Translations under genes and position numbers: made by a program
In this document: in pieces, positions 36,769 through 51,215 of the stretch
Numbering within the stretch: the stretch's first letter is position 1
Layout: every line of letters starts with the position of its first letter
DNA from: Octopus sinensis
Lineage: Eukaryota
Assembly (NCBI RefSeq): GCF_006345805.1
Contig: NC_043005.1
Location: 82,522,001 to 82,586,000 of the forward strand
Length of the DNA stretch: 64,000 nucleotides
Reading direction: 5' to 3'
The notes under the pieces: generated by a model
Told to the model about the DNA's origin: nothing
The model's input: the letters and a program-made list of their open reading frames with translations, nothing else
Database searches by the model: none

Positions 36769-37399
36769 CTCGTATATATATATATATATATGTTCTTACA
36801 GAAACTTCATATACATAACAGATATATACGTGTGGTGTGCGTGTATGTGTGCGCGTGTGTGTGTGTTTGTGCGATGGTCACGATCAAACACATAGGATAC
36901 GAATTGATGAATATCAAAATATTATTAAATAGAATATTTTCACATTAGATGATCAGCACCATCACCAGCATCCCCGCGATCAGTTACGTCCACGTACGCT
37001 GCGATTACAGAGATCGTAAGACTGTCAAGTAGTATTTGCGAATCTAAGTTCATGCAAAAATGCATTTATCATGTTTCAAGCATAAATAAGAAAAGTAAAT
37101 ATCAATATGTTTGTATTTCAGGGATATATCCAAATAAATATGTTTTAGATGGTTTTTGATGTACATATAATGAGCTGGCTTACACGAAAATAAATATCAG
37201 CCTTTGAATAACTATGAAAGAATATCGACAAATATGCAAATTAATGGAAATTCTATCAATCATATGGGTTCCTATCTTGTGTCTGATAGGTATTATCGGG
37301 TTATGGCGTAGAAAATATTATATTCAAAGAATTTCAGTGATGGAACACATGACCGCAATTTATATATACAGGCTTTTTATTGAACCTGAATTTTTTAAT

Positions 37400-38100
<701 letters not shown>

Positions 38101-38643
38101 GCTAACACACGCAGACATGTATACAATCACACATACACTGATATCTATATGTGTGTGTGTGTGTGCATGAGTGTGGATCGTTGTGAATACGTATGCGTAA
38201 ATAAACTGGTCTATGTGTCTATTTGGATGTATCTTTGTGTATAATTAAATCAAAATTTATCTGAATATATCAATTCATATTTGTCCGCACTGTGTATGTA
38301 ATAATGACTTCAATTCAATTTGTACGTGACTGTAAGCTCAAAGACTCTATTGAAAAGAGAAATATCTCAGTATATGCAATGAACCTAAGCTTATTCCTAC
38401 CCAAATACATAGATAAATAGTTGAATAGAAAGATAAATATATGGATTGAAAGTATATGCGTGCTCTTGTGCACCTGAGTATGTAAGAATACGTGGGTATA
38501 TATTTATGTACGTATATAGGCATAGAAACAACTGTAATGCGTAAAAGGAAACTCTGAAACATCTGAGAAAACTTTTGCTTTTCTTTATTATAAATATTCA
38601 TATAACTGCATATTATACATACATACATACATACATACATACA

Positions 38644-38677
<34 letters not shown>

Positions 38678-38757
38678 CATACATACATACATACATACTG
38701 ATACACACGTAATGCGTACAACGCAAACAAAAAACATATACATATACGTACGTATAT

Positions 38758-38920
38758 GGCGCAGGAGTGGCTATGTGGTAAGTAGCTTGCTAACCAACCA
38801 CATGGTTCCGGGTTCAGTCCTACAGCGTGGTATCTTGGGCAAGTGTCTTCTGCTATAGCCCCGGGCTGACCAATGCCTTGTGAGTGGATTTGGTAGACGG
38901 AAACTGAAAGAAGCCCGTCG

Positions 38921-38969
<49 letters not shown>

Positions 38970-39181
38970 TTGTGTATTTGTCCCCCTAGCATTGCTTGAC
39001 AACCGATGCTGGTGTGTTTTCGTCACCGTCACTTAGCGGTTCGGCAAAAAGAGACGGATAGAATAAGTACTGGGCTTACAAAGATTAAGTCCGGGGTCGA
39101 TTTGCTCGACTAAAGGCGGTGCTCCAGCATGGCCACAGTGAAATGACTGAAACAAGTAAAAGAGTAAAACGAGTAAAAGAG

Positions 39182-39182
<1 letters not shown>
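38758..39182 (+). mobile_element. SINE family A, full-length, well preserved
   Basis: GGCGCAGGAGTGGC head through (GAGTAAAA)n tail. Confidence 0.92.
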
Positions 39183-39242
<60 letters not shown>

Positions 39243-39478
39243 GAGAGAGAGAGAAATGGAGAGAGAAAGATATATGTATCGATGCATGTGTATGTATGTG
39301 CGTGCGAATGGATGGATGGATAGATCGAGAGAGGAAGGGAGGGTGAGATGTGTATTTGGATTTAGTTTATATATCATGCCGCTCGTACTGCGAGTTCAGT
39401 TTTCTCCTCATATCTGGTCGTTCAACCGGCGCTGAGGACTCGCCAAAAGTACATTTAAAAGCCGATACAATTAGCATA

Positions 39479-39641
39479 TACTCTTTTACTTGTTTCAGTT
39501 ATTTCACTGTGGCCATGCTGGAGCACCGCCTTTAGTCGAGCAAATCGAATCCAGGACTTATTCTATTGCCGAACCGTTAAGTTACACTCTACCATCGGTT
39601 GTCAAGCGATGTTGGGGGGACAAATACAGACACACAAACAT

Positions 39642-39692
<51 letters not shown>

Positions 39693-39857
39693 TACGACGG
39701 GCTTCTTTCAATTTCCGTCAGCCAAATCCACTTACAAAGCTTTGGTCGGCTCGAGGCTATAGTAGAAGACACTTGACCAAGGTGCCACGCAGTGGGACTA
39801 AACCCGAAACCATATGGTTGGTAAGCAAGCTACTTACCACCCAGGCACTCCTGCGCC
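39479..39857 (-). mobile_element. SINE family A, full-length, inverted relative to the 38758 copy
   Basis: Reverse-complement match to the previous copy. Confidence 0.9.
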
Positions 39858-40708
39858 TTTAGGATTATAAAGATAAAGAAATCTAAGTGTTAAGATGTGT
39901 CGCTTCGAAATTAAGAGATATCGGGATCGAACATGGAGCTAAGGTTGGACACCTAGGATATTTTAGGGCGATACTCTAACAGAGGTAGAAGTTTCAGATT
40001 AAGATCAAGCGAGAAAATTTCTCTTGCTGATTGAGCTAACACGTTGCTCGAACTGGTCTAAGATATTGGCGTTTTGTAGTCACCAATGAATTACTTGTTT
40101 TGGAAAGTTTCTGCTCGGATTTGTATGATATTTATATAATTTATATAATTTGCAATATCATCTGAACTCTTAAAATTAGTCTTTCCAAAAGAAAAGCAAA
40201 TCCGTGATAGTTCTACTAGGCACACGCCGTTCGAACCAGAATACTCTTTTATAATCATCAGATGTCTTAGCTACCAGTATTGTTTGAATTTGCAAAATAG
40301 CAAGGTAGGCTCCCTCCTACAGTACCTCGATTAACAAGCGATGACTGGTTTCTCACTGGCATAATTACTTTAGCTCCACGAAGCGCTGGATAAACCATTT
40401 GATAAGATAAGCATCAAGGGGAAACAGAAATGATAAATGGTTTATGCCACAAATGAAATCACTTTAAACTTGCTAAAATAATATTCAAAATGGGTTATAT
40501 GATTGGAGATATAATTTCGAAGTGTTCTTTTTATCATTATGAGGATCATAGATGTTGCATTTAAAAAAAAAAATTACAAGTAATTTTTCACGTAGATATA
40601 ATGTGGAAGTATAATAAAAATGAACATTATTTTTCAAATTCCTCTTTGTATTATTTCATTTTGAAAAATATGAATTTATCTTATGATTCATCGTAGTTTA
40701 TATTTTGA

Positions 40709-40765
<57 letters not shown>

Positions 40766-40826
40766 ACATTATATATATATAAATGGCGGTGCCCCAGCAT
40801 GGCCACAGCTCGTGAGCTGAAACTAG

Positions 40827-40878
<52 letters not shown>

Positions 40879-40886
40879 TACATACA

Positions 40887-41043
40887 TATAAGAGAGATGA
40901 CCACTAAGTGAACATCCATTATGGTAGAAGTCGACCCCCTATGATCTTACCGCTAAGAAAGGAATGTTCTCAAGAAAATTTAACAAACGCCAGAACGTAA
41001 CCGAGCTTACTGGATGTCGACTTGGTGGTCATCTCTCTTATAT
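40887..41043. mobile_element. About 156-bp MITE-like foldback element
   Basis: TATAAGAGAGATGACCACTAAGT at the left end is the reverse complement of ACTTGGTGGTCATCTCTCTTATA at the right end (1 mismatch); pairing extends imperfectly to about 33 bp. Confidence 0.75.
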
Positions 41044-42324
41044 CTATGTAATATATTTTTCTGAATCTTCAGATTTTTCTATATGCTAGACCACTGGTTT
41101 TAAATTGATATTACCCAAATTAATATTCAATTTTTCACCCGTATTATATATATAAGTAGAGAGAGAGAGAGAGAGGCGCCAATTTTTTAAAAGTGTTTAG
41201 GGCCTTTATGAGTCTTTATCTTTCTCTGGCTTCACGTTACCCAACCTACAATAGGTACTATGAATCTTAGAATGACAACGTTTTTGTATATATTTTACGT
41301 GCTTCACATGAATGCATACAATAGTCATATTAAGTTTCCCCTTCACACGTTTCTTTAACACTAACGTATCTACAGTATTACACTTATACTGCTGATACGC
41401 ATAAACAGATAAATTGATTCGAAAATATACCAGGATGCAAATATATGTTGAACACATAATACATCCACATAACGTTCTCTAGGTTTTCTGTTATTTTCCA
41501 ATCATCGTAAATCTCCTGTGAAAATCAATCTGTAAGATTTTATATTTTTGTCCAATGTTTAACGATCCATTAATATTTATAAATAATGTCAACCTCCACT
41601 CTAATCCAAATTAGTTACGTAAACACGAATGTGTGTGTGTGAGTGTGTCTATATGGGTGTGTGTGAGTGTGTCTATATGGGTGTGTTCAAGTGTACATGT
41701 GTGTACACATATATAATAAACACAAGTTTCAAATATATACATATATATATTATATATATTCTTTATATAAATATATAATTGTATGTAAAATTTATATTTT
41801 GTATATTCATAAAAATTTGTATATATAAATAAAGGTATGTTTATGTAGGTGTGTGAATGTGTGTGTATGTGTTTATATATTTGTGCGTGATTGTGTGCGT
41901 AGATAAACGTTTACTCACAATATGCCGATATATCAGTGAATTATTATGAAATATATCTAGCAGAACCATTTTTTTGTAGAGAAAATACAGAATTATTTTC
42001 ATAAATCACGTCCTTCTAGTCAGCTGTGAAGAAGCAACAACGGATCTTAAGTTAATTCAATTTCATTCAATTGTAATTTTGTCCCTCCTCTTCGGCCTCC
42101 TCTCTGATTCCACTTCATTGCCATAGGCACCCATTGTTTCATACGCACTCTTAGATTGCCTTCGTAGAACTACGTTTTTTCTACCTTGCTCTCCCCGTCC
42201 TTTTCATACGTATACTCCCTTTTCTTTATGGTCTTTTATATTTTTGCCCATTTTTTTTTGTTATTCTCTCGGTATTTATCTTCTGTCCCATGTTTCTCAT
42301 ATACCTTTTGCATTTTACCATTCA

Positions 42325-42470
42325 TTTTTTAGCAATCATGAGACTATGGCCATGCTGGAACATCGTTTTGAAGAGTTTTCTCCGAACGAGTCGATCCCAG
42401 TATTTTTTCAATCGTTCGCTCTTACACCCCAACATCGCTTGTCAAGCGGTGGTGGATTACAAGCACAGAT
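42325..42470 (-). mobile_element. SINE family A degraded 3' fragment
   Basis: GGCCATGCTGGAACATCG..TTGTCAAGCGGTGG. Confidence 0.65.
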
Positions 42471-42556
42471 GCACACGCACACACACACACACACACACTT
42501 ACACACACACATACATCCATGCATCCACCAATATGATGTATAAGTATACGTCTGAA

Positions 42557-42592
<36 letters not shown>

Positions 42593-42637
42593 TGTATGTA
42601 TGTATGTATGTATGTATGTATTGTATGTGTGTGTGTA

Positions 42638-43374
42638 TAAGCTGGGCTACACATATAAGCAGCAAAGTTGACATGGCCCGCAGAATGTGTTCCTGGATTC
42701 TCAGAACCTTCCAGTCGAGAGATTCCCACGCTATTATTCTTCTCTTCTCCACTTTTGCCCGACCCCACCTTGAATACTGCTGTCCACTGTGGTCTCCCTA
42801 CACAAAACAAAATATTATGAGAATTGAAGCTCCCCAAAGGTCAATCACAAAAAGGATAGATGGCATGTCAGACCTTGACTACTGGGGTAGACTAGAGAAG
42901 CTGAAATTGTATTCACTCCAACGACGCCGTGAACGCTACATTATCTGTATGATGTGGAAAATATTCCATCAGCACTGTCCGAATGATGTTGGCATCACCT
43001 TCAAAATACATCCAAGGCTTGGACCACGTGCCATCCGTCCACAACAAAAATCTAAATCGCATCACATAACGACAATACGGCACAACTATTTCACCTCAAT
43101 TGGACCCGCTCTCTTCAACATTACACCAGGACACGTCAAAAAAGAAACTGACCACACAAAATTCGAGAAGTCTTTGGACAAATTCCTTCAAACAGTACCG
43201 GACAAACCACCCACACCCGGATATGTCTCCGCAAACAATAACTCTCTGCTCGAATGGGCCTTGGTGCCCAAATTCTGAACTGAAAGACTTCGCCAGGTGG
43301 TGCTATTAAGTTAGACATGGCCTGGGCCAATACTGGCCAAAACCTTTCTAAGTTATTCTAAGTTCTAAGTTAAG

Positions 43375-43377
<3 letters not shown>
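42638..43377 (+). mobile_element. CR1-clade LINE, 5'-truncated, with an open ORF2 C-terminus (relatively young)
   Basis: Uninterrupted frame ILRTF..ARPHLEYCCPLWSPY..LQRRRERY..GPALFN..DKPPTPGY to the stop at 43278; (TTCTAAG)-like 3' tail. Confidence 0.93.
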
Positions 43378-43414
<37 letters not shown>

Positions 43415-43416
<2 letters not shown>

Positions 43417-43710
43417 CACCTAGAAAGTTACCCTCCCAGGTAAGCCCGGGCGAGGTTGTTTTATGGAAGACCAGCAGACGCCCGTGCATACCAGCCTTCC
43501 CTCTCCACGCCACTAATGTACTCCAAGGGAAAGGCAAATGCCGATACAGCTTGGAACATGTGACGTCGCAACTCATTTCTACAGCTGAGTTAACTGGAAC
43601 AACGTGAAATAAAATGTCTTGCTCAAGAACACAACACGCAGCCCAGTCCGGGATTCGAACTCACAACCTCATGATCGTAAGCTCGACGTTCTAACCTCAT
43701 GCGCCTTCAC
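43415..43710 (-). mobile_element. tRNA-derived SINE, family D
   Basis: Minus-strand head GTGAAGGCGCATGAGGTTAGAACG..GAGTTCGAATCCCGG (B box) and CORE-like TTGAGCAAGACATTTTATTTC. Confidence 0.8.
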
Positions 43711-43727
43711 ACACACATACACACAAA

Positions 43728-43809
<82 letters not shown>

Positions 43810-43814
43810 CGAAT

Positions 43815-43965
43815 ATATGACAGGCTTCTTTCAGTTTCTGTCTACCAAATACAATCACAAGATTGTGGTTGACTCAAGGCATACGTGGCATGCCCAATTT
43901 GCCGTGCAGTGAGACTGAACCCGGAACCATGCGGTTGGGAAGCAAATTTCTTACCAATCCTGTGC
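43815..43965 (-). mobile_element. SINE family A 5' half
   Basis: GACAGGCTTCTTTCAGTTTC..GAACCCGGAACCATG. Confidence 0.75.
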
Positions 43966-44069
43966 CTTATATGTTTAGCGAGTGTAAACGTTTTCGTTGA
44001 TTACCATGTCTGTCTGTCTGTTTGTTTCACTCTTTCTCTCTCTCTCTCCCTCCCTTTCTCACTTTCTCG

Positions 44070-44124
<55 letters not shown>

Positions 44125-44125
<1 letters not shown>

Positions 44126-44516
44126 TAGCAGTATCGCCCGGCGTTGCTCGGGTTTGTAAGGGAAATAACTATAAAACATTTTTAGAGAGTTATAGCCAAA
44201 AAACAGCAAAAAATGCATTAAAAATGGAAAAAAAAATATGGTAATTTTTTTTTTAAATCGTTGACTCATCGTAGATATTTTTAGAGAATTACTTCCCTTT
44301 ATTTAAAAAATATACTTTAAAATGGAAAAAAATGATGGTAAATTATTTAAAAAATCGTAGACTCATCGTAGACGCGCGCTAATACCCAGAAGGGCTCGAT
44401 ATGAATCACGACTATAAGATACCCGGTTTTGGTTAAACTGCACCGCAGAATGTGGTGGTAGTTAGGAATCTAAATCGTAGGAGACAGACACACAACTTCA
44501 CTTTTATATATAAAGA
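44125..44516 (-). mobile_element. Non-autonomous Helitron (392 bp), same family as the 30811-32372 units
   Basis: Canonical A|TC..CTAG|T ends (TC at 44516-44515; CTAG at 44125-44128) with 3' hairpin; shares both ends with the tandem units. Confidence 0.9.
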
Positions 44517-45404
44517 TATGAGAGTGTGTGCGTGTACGTACATACAAGTGCGTATGTATGTATATATGTATGTATGTGTACGCGTATGTGTGTGTAGGTA
44601 TATATGACTATACAGATGCATGTGTGCCTGTATGCGTCTAAATTCCTCACTGTGCACCTTAAGCAATATCACAAGCCCTCTAGGCACTATCCTATATCAT
44701 TCACATTTCATTTTACCTTTCCTTCCCTCTTTCTCTCTCTCTCTCTCCTCCTCGTCTCTCCCTCACTCCCCATTCATATACGTAGTTCTTCACAGACACA
44801 TACGTGTACACGCACCTTGTATCACACTTACACACACACATACATATACATACACGTAATATCGGTCTCTCTCACACACACACTTCAACATCCTACACTT
44901 TTATATTTTCTATTCCTTGCCGTACACATCGCTCTAGTAACCCCACTCTTAATTCCTCCCTGCTTTCTCATCTCAATTCCTTCACAAGTTCTCTTTTTAC
45001 ACGCCCCCACCTCTCTACTTAATAGCATTTCTTACCCCCTATTCCTACCCTACGCACTGCAGTTCTATTAACATTTTTTTACAAAAATCACCGCCTACAT
45101 ATCTGTCACATATCTTATTTTTAACTCGCTTGCACCAACGAACAAAGCTTTACACGGTTCCTTTATGAAGAAGAAATAACAGCTAAACGTACCTCGAATC
45201 ATATCGAGCTATCTTTAAAGAGTAAGGATACAGTACATATAGTACATACATATTTTCCTCCCTGATAAAAATGGCTTTAAATCTCGGTACCAGAGTAGCA
45301 ATTTTAGGGAAGGAATAAGTCTATCACATCGTACTTATATCTACGTACAAGGCGTTGGTACTTATCTACGTACAAATGGTACTTATCTACGTACAAGGTG
45401 TTGA

Positions 45405-45620
45405 GCTGGCAGAGTCGTTAGCACGCCGGGCGAAATGTTTTGTGGTATTTCGCATCAAAGCAGCAATTCTAGTGGAGAGACAAGTTGATTACATCAACCC
45501 CAGAACATAACTCGTACTTATTTTTATCAACTCCTATGAATGACCAGCAGAGTCAGCCTCGGCAAAATTTGAACGCAGAATGTAAAGCTGGAAAAAGTAC
45601 CGCTATTTTGTCCAAGGCTA
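45405..45620. mobile_element. SINE family C fragments in both orientations
   Basis: GAGCTGGCAGAGTCGTTAGCACGCCGGGCGAAATG head on +; GGTACTTATTTTTATC..CCTCGGCAAAATTTGAAC body on -. Confidence 0.65.
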
Positions 45621-46105
45621 AAATCACTTCACTCAATTTTAAAATTGTTTGATCAGAGTTAAACAACCATAGGAGCAGCAATAAACGGACCTGACTTGCA
45701 AGGGGCCTTCACACACTCAGCTGATCTACTAGAAATAGCAGCTTCGTCCTTCAAAAGTTCATTGATAAGCCAGGTATTGGATATCTACACAATATTTGAA
45801 AGAAATATGGGTTGAACACGAACAGAACACATAGCTCAGCTCAATTACGGCGGATATAAGACCAAACAAGCGAGACAATATAGAACCACACAGCCATGCC
45901 CATGCGTCTCTCTCTCTCTCTCTCTCTTTCTTACTCTCACCCTCCCTCTCTCGACATATAATTATATATATATATATACTCAATCCAAACAAGAACAAGC
46001 AAACAACAACGCGAGGACGTGGTACAAGTACTGTATTGGACACTCAGGAAAGGAAAGAAAAGAAAGAAGATCGCCAAGGATACACTCGCGGTCACATATT
46101 GTATA

Positions 46106-46147
<42 letters not shown>

Positions 46148-46995
46148 TATATATATATACACATATGCATATTTATACATATATATTTATTTATTTATTT
46201 ATATATATATATACATACATACATATATATATATATACACACTCCCATATATATATGTGTGTGTGTGTGTGTGTGGTGTGTGTGTGTGTGTGTGTGTATT
46301 TATGTATGTATGTATACATATGTATGGATTCAAATCACACCTGTAACATATTGGTAGATGCTATGTAATCATTATGATAGACTCAAAGTCTAAAACGCAC
46401 CTCACCAATGTTCTGCATCTGTAAAATTTTTTCATTTTAGATGAAAAATGTCGAATCTGTTTACATAAACTCAACGGATAGAATGGAATCCCTGGTGTAT
46501 ATCCAGCGGTAGAAGCATTTCCATTGTATGATGAAGTTAGGTTCCCAATAAATGTGGACGAGTTTTGCATAGCATTCTGCAATGTTTTTACCCGAATCTT
46601 ATTTAATTCTGTGTGTGTGTATGTGTGTGTGCGTGTGCATGCGTGCGCGTGTGTGCATAAAGCCGTTAGATTGACTCTGATTTCAAAAAATCAGCAGCAC
46701 GAAATATAACGGTAAAGACGAACGAATGCGTGCTTCTGTACTGTCGGAAGTTTTGCTCGAGATTAAGCATATCAAACAGTCCAAAAATAGGACACATTAT
46801 ATCATACCTAAACAAGTTTGACAGCCACGACTAGTAAGTTCGTATTATATGTCTACTTTATCAGGATTATTACCATAAAACCCCACTTCCCAGTGACGCG
46901 TGCTTTAGCTAATGTGCGTGTCACTCGGGAGGGCCATTGCGCTTGTCACCCCACCAACTGGGCCTTTAAGCCCTTATATAGTTATATCACATGAT

Positions 46996-47294
46996 CACAT
47001 AACCGACCAGACCATCAGACGTTGTTACACATCGCTGATCACAATGCGTTCGCATTGTTTTAGCCTTCGAATGACGCCACCCCGCTGGCTAAGCGAGCAG
47101 GCCAACAGAAGAAAGAGTGGTAGAAGGTGTGGTGAAAGAGTACAGCAGGGATCACCACCCCTTGCCGGAACATCGTGGAGCTTTTTTAGGTGTTTTCGCT
47201 CAATAAACAATCACAACGCCCGGTCTGGGAATCGAAACCGCGATCCTACGACCGCGAGTCCGCTGCCCTAACCACTGGGCCACTGCGCCTCCAC
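46996..47294 (-). mobile_element. tRNA-derived SINE, family B
   Basis: End-to-end match with 9190-9484. Confidence 0.88.
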
Positions 47295-47785
47295 ATATAT
47301 AGTTATATACCAACTCAAAAGTGTTGCCCTCATAAGGGCGCCGTTGGGGTCGGACCGCCCAAATCGAACCCTCCTTTCCTAGCACCACAACTGTCCCTTC
47401 CACACATTGGTATTACTATTATATCACTCCACCACGAATCCCTATGTCTACCCCACGCTTTCATTTCCACACTTCGTCTGTTACTACTTTCGGCCCCGTC
47501 AACATCTCTAATATTAATTTTCGTTCCTCATCACTCACTTCAAACACTCATTCATTTCTTCCTCCTCCTATTTTATTTTCAAGTCATTACAATACCTCAC
47601 CTCCTACTTTCTCACTAGTTCTCTTATATAATCAGATAATTTCTCCTAATCCTCTAAATATATTTTTCAAATGCGGTATCGCCAGCATTGCGGATCAACT
47701 GTTTACGTTCCATGTACTCTAACTTTGATGTTACCAGGTAACTACCCCCAATCTCTCTCCCTCCCCCCTCTCTCTGTCTGTCTGT

Positions 47786-47833
<48 letters not shown>

Positions 47834-48409
47834 GTCACTCTCTATCTATCTGTCAATCTCCGTCTAGATGTCTGCTTATCTACTTATTTATCTGTCTGCC
47901 TGTCTGCCTCTCTCTCTCTCTCTCTCTCTCTTTATATATGAATATATATGTGTGTGTCTGTGTATACTCCTCACTCGTATCACTGTCGAACCGAGTGTTT
48001 AACTACGGTCTGTCCATAGAACTTAGCGTTACCTAACACTCTTTGCGTCTTCTAGATACCAATAGGTCTCATATGTGTGTATATATATCAGTCTGTATAT
48101 ATCTATATATTCTCTCTGTCAGTATCTGCTTGCCTCTCTCTCTCTTTCTCTCTAAATCCCTTCCTATATTTAGTTGTTTTCTTCTCTGTTTCTCTCCCTG
48201 TCTGTCTATCTCTCTAACTAATATATAAATATATATATTATATATATATATATATATTATATATATATATATATATATTAAGGTATGTAGAAAAATACAA
48301 CATGGACAAGAACGTATAACTCTTAGAAGACGATACAATAAACACAGACAGGACATTCGAAACCCTCAGTCTTCAGTCAAGAACCGGATCATCGTAGTAA
48401 TTTCGGCTG

Positions 48410-48496
<87 letters not shown>

Positions 48497-48643
48497 GTAT
48501 ATAAATATATACATACATACATACATACATACAACATATATATGTGTGTGTGTGTGCGTGCGTGTAAGCCTGTCTGTCTATCTATCCGTCTATCTATTTC
48601 TCTTATTTATTTCATTTCTCCGTAACACACACACATACACACA

Positions 48644-48695
<52 letters not shown>

Positions 48696-49224
48696 CTATT
48701 TAGCTGTTCTCTGTATACTTTCCTTGTATGTTTGTGTTTATATATACTTACATATATATACACACTCACGAATACATGCATATGCACACATACTTTTCCT
48801 TCCATGCACGTGTGTTTGTGTTTGTGTGTGTGTCGAGAAACATAGAAGCCGACAGACAGTTAGAGAACGACACAGACACACACACATATACATACAGATA
48901 CATTTTCAAACACATACACACACGTCTTTCTACTCATCTTGGTAGGAACTTTTTTTGTGTAAGTGTGTCTGTGTGCGGGGTTTTTTCTACGTTCAGCTCG
49001 GGTTTCAAAATATTTCAGAAGGTTGACACACTTAACAATGCAATCTCTCACTAATAGTGCGGCAGAAAAAAAAAAACCTATGTTTATAGAAATACGAAGA
49101 CACAAACATCAGTTAAATACGAGCAAGGAATTCTACAGCCGACGTCGTTTGCCAGATAAAATAATACGTGCAACAAGATATGCCAAAGATCGCGGCTTCA
49201 GTGATGCATAACTACACAACAACT

Positions 49225-49413
49225 CTACTGCTGCTGCTACTGCTATTGCCGTTGCTAATGACAACAACAACAACAACACCAACACCAACAACAACAACAA
49301 TAATAATAATAATAATAATAATAATGATATTAATAATAATAATGATAATAATAATGATAATAATAATAATGATAATAATAATAATGATAATGATAATAAT
49401 AGAAATAATAATA

Positions 49414-49448
<35 letters not shown>

Positions 49449-49468
49449 AAAAATAATAATAAAAATAA

Positions 49469-49532
<64 letters not shown>

Positions 49533-49561
49533 AATAATAAAAATAATAATAAAAATAATAA

Positions 49562-49604
<43 letters not shown>

Positions 49605-49696
49605 TAAATAATAATAATAACAACAACAACAACAAAAACAACAACAACGACAACGACGACGACGTCAACGACGACGACGGCAACGACGACGACGAC

Positions 49697-49781
<85 letters not shown>

Positions 49782-49782
49782 G
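49225..49782. repeat. Compound trinucleotide array (CTG/ACA/AAT/GAT/GAC)n
   Basis: Directly visible; produces the poly-Ile ORF artefact. Confidence 0.95.
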
Positions 49783-50024
49783 GAAGGGACAGTCTGGCTA
49801 GTTTATGTTCATGCTAAAGAGCCTTTTGAAATACTCTGTATATGTAATACTATTAATTTACGTCTTCAACTTTAAATATCTATTTTTAATTTCAGTGTTT
49901 ATAGCAAATAGTACGCTCTTTATTAAAGCAAGTTGAATATATAACTAGCTTTTATTATAGTTAACAGTCCCTTTGCTTATCATTTCAATAATAATGATAA
50001 CAATAATAATGATAATAATAATAG

Positions 50025-50170
50025 TAATCCTTTCTGCTATGGACACAAGGCCTGACATTTTGGGGGAGGAGGCAGACGATTACATCGAATCCTGCATGCA
50101 ACTGGTACTTAATTTATCTACGCCGAAAGGGTGAGAGGCGAAGTCGACCTCAGCGGAATTGGAACTCAGG
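50025..50170 (-). mobile_element. SINE family C fragment
   Basis: CTGGTACTTAATTTATC..GAAGTCGACCTCAGCGGAATTGGAACTCAG. Confidence 0.75.
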
Positions 50171-50251
50171 ATGATGATGATGATGATGATGATGATAATG
50201 ATAATAATAATAATAATATTAATGATAATAATAATAATAATAATAATAATC

Positions 50252-50298
<47 letters not shown>

Positions 50299-50299
<1 letters not shown>

Positions 50300-50749
50300 G
50301 CAAATATTCTGCTCAATACCACAGATTTGCTTGTCAGTTGTTTGACCTTAACCAGTTGAGCATGTCCCTTAGTGGCTGACGATATGTGCATCTCTGATCA
50401 CGAGCAGAAGTAGTGGGGGAGCATCATAGCCATGTGTTGAGAGGGATTCTTTGGGGTTTGAATAGTTCACCTCTGGAAACATGGGTGGTTCTTTCAACAT
50501 CCTTAAGCAACCCTTGTTCAGGGACCGTTTGAGCGGGATGGGCTACTCGACCAGAAGAAAATTCTAACTGGGCCCCACCTGCAAGGTCATGTGCTGTTTA
50601 TCTTGATATGAGATCACCATGTCGCGCACATATGGTTGTGATGCATGTGCCTGGTATACCTTTATCAGACGGGTAGTCATGATGGGTATATTGGGCTTCG
50701 TATATTTTACCCCAGTGTCACTTTGATGGCATGAACTGCTCTCTCACTC

Positions 50750-50810
<61 letters not shown>
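50299..50810 (+). mobile_element. Unclassified retroposon-like 3' segment ending in an (AAT)n tail
   Basis: About 450 bp of complex sequence between trinucleotide runs, ending in (AAT)n; class not assignable. Confidence 0.4.
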
Positions 50811-50813
<3 letters not shown>

Positions 50814-50905
50814 CTACTACTGTTGCTGCTGCAATGATGACGATGATGATGATTATACTGCTGTTTTACTGCCGGCGCTGCTGCTGCTGCTGCTGCTACT
50901 ACTAA

Positions 50906-50936
<31 letters not shown>

Positions 50937-51029
50937 GCTACAGCTGCTGCTGCTGCTGCCACGGAGACATCGGCAGTGGGGTCTGCTGCCACCATCACCG
51001 CCAACACCAACACCAACCACACCAATCCA

Positions 51030-51066
<37 letters not shown>

Positions 51067-51081
51067 GTACTACTACTACTG

Positions 51082-51115
<34 letters not shown>

Positions 51116-51116
51116 A

Positions 51117-51157
<41 letters not shown>

Positions 51158-51158
51158 A

Positions 51159-51215
<57 letters not shown>

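Noticed and set aside
45331-45397. Three copies of TACTTATCTACGTACAA
   Set aside because: Short slippage-type tandem at a SINE junction; no further structure
48350-48400. CTGAAGA..CGAATGTC on the minus strand as a hammerhead core
   Set aside because: GAAA is not intact and no convincing stem I or II can be drawn
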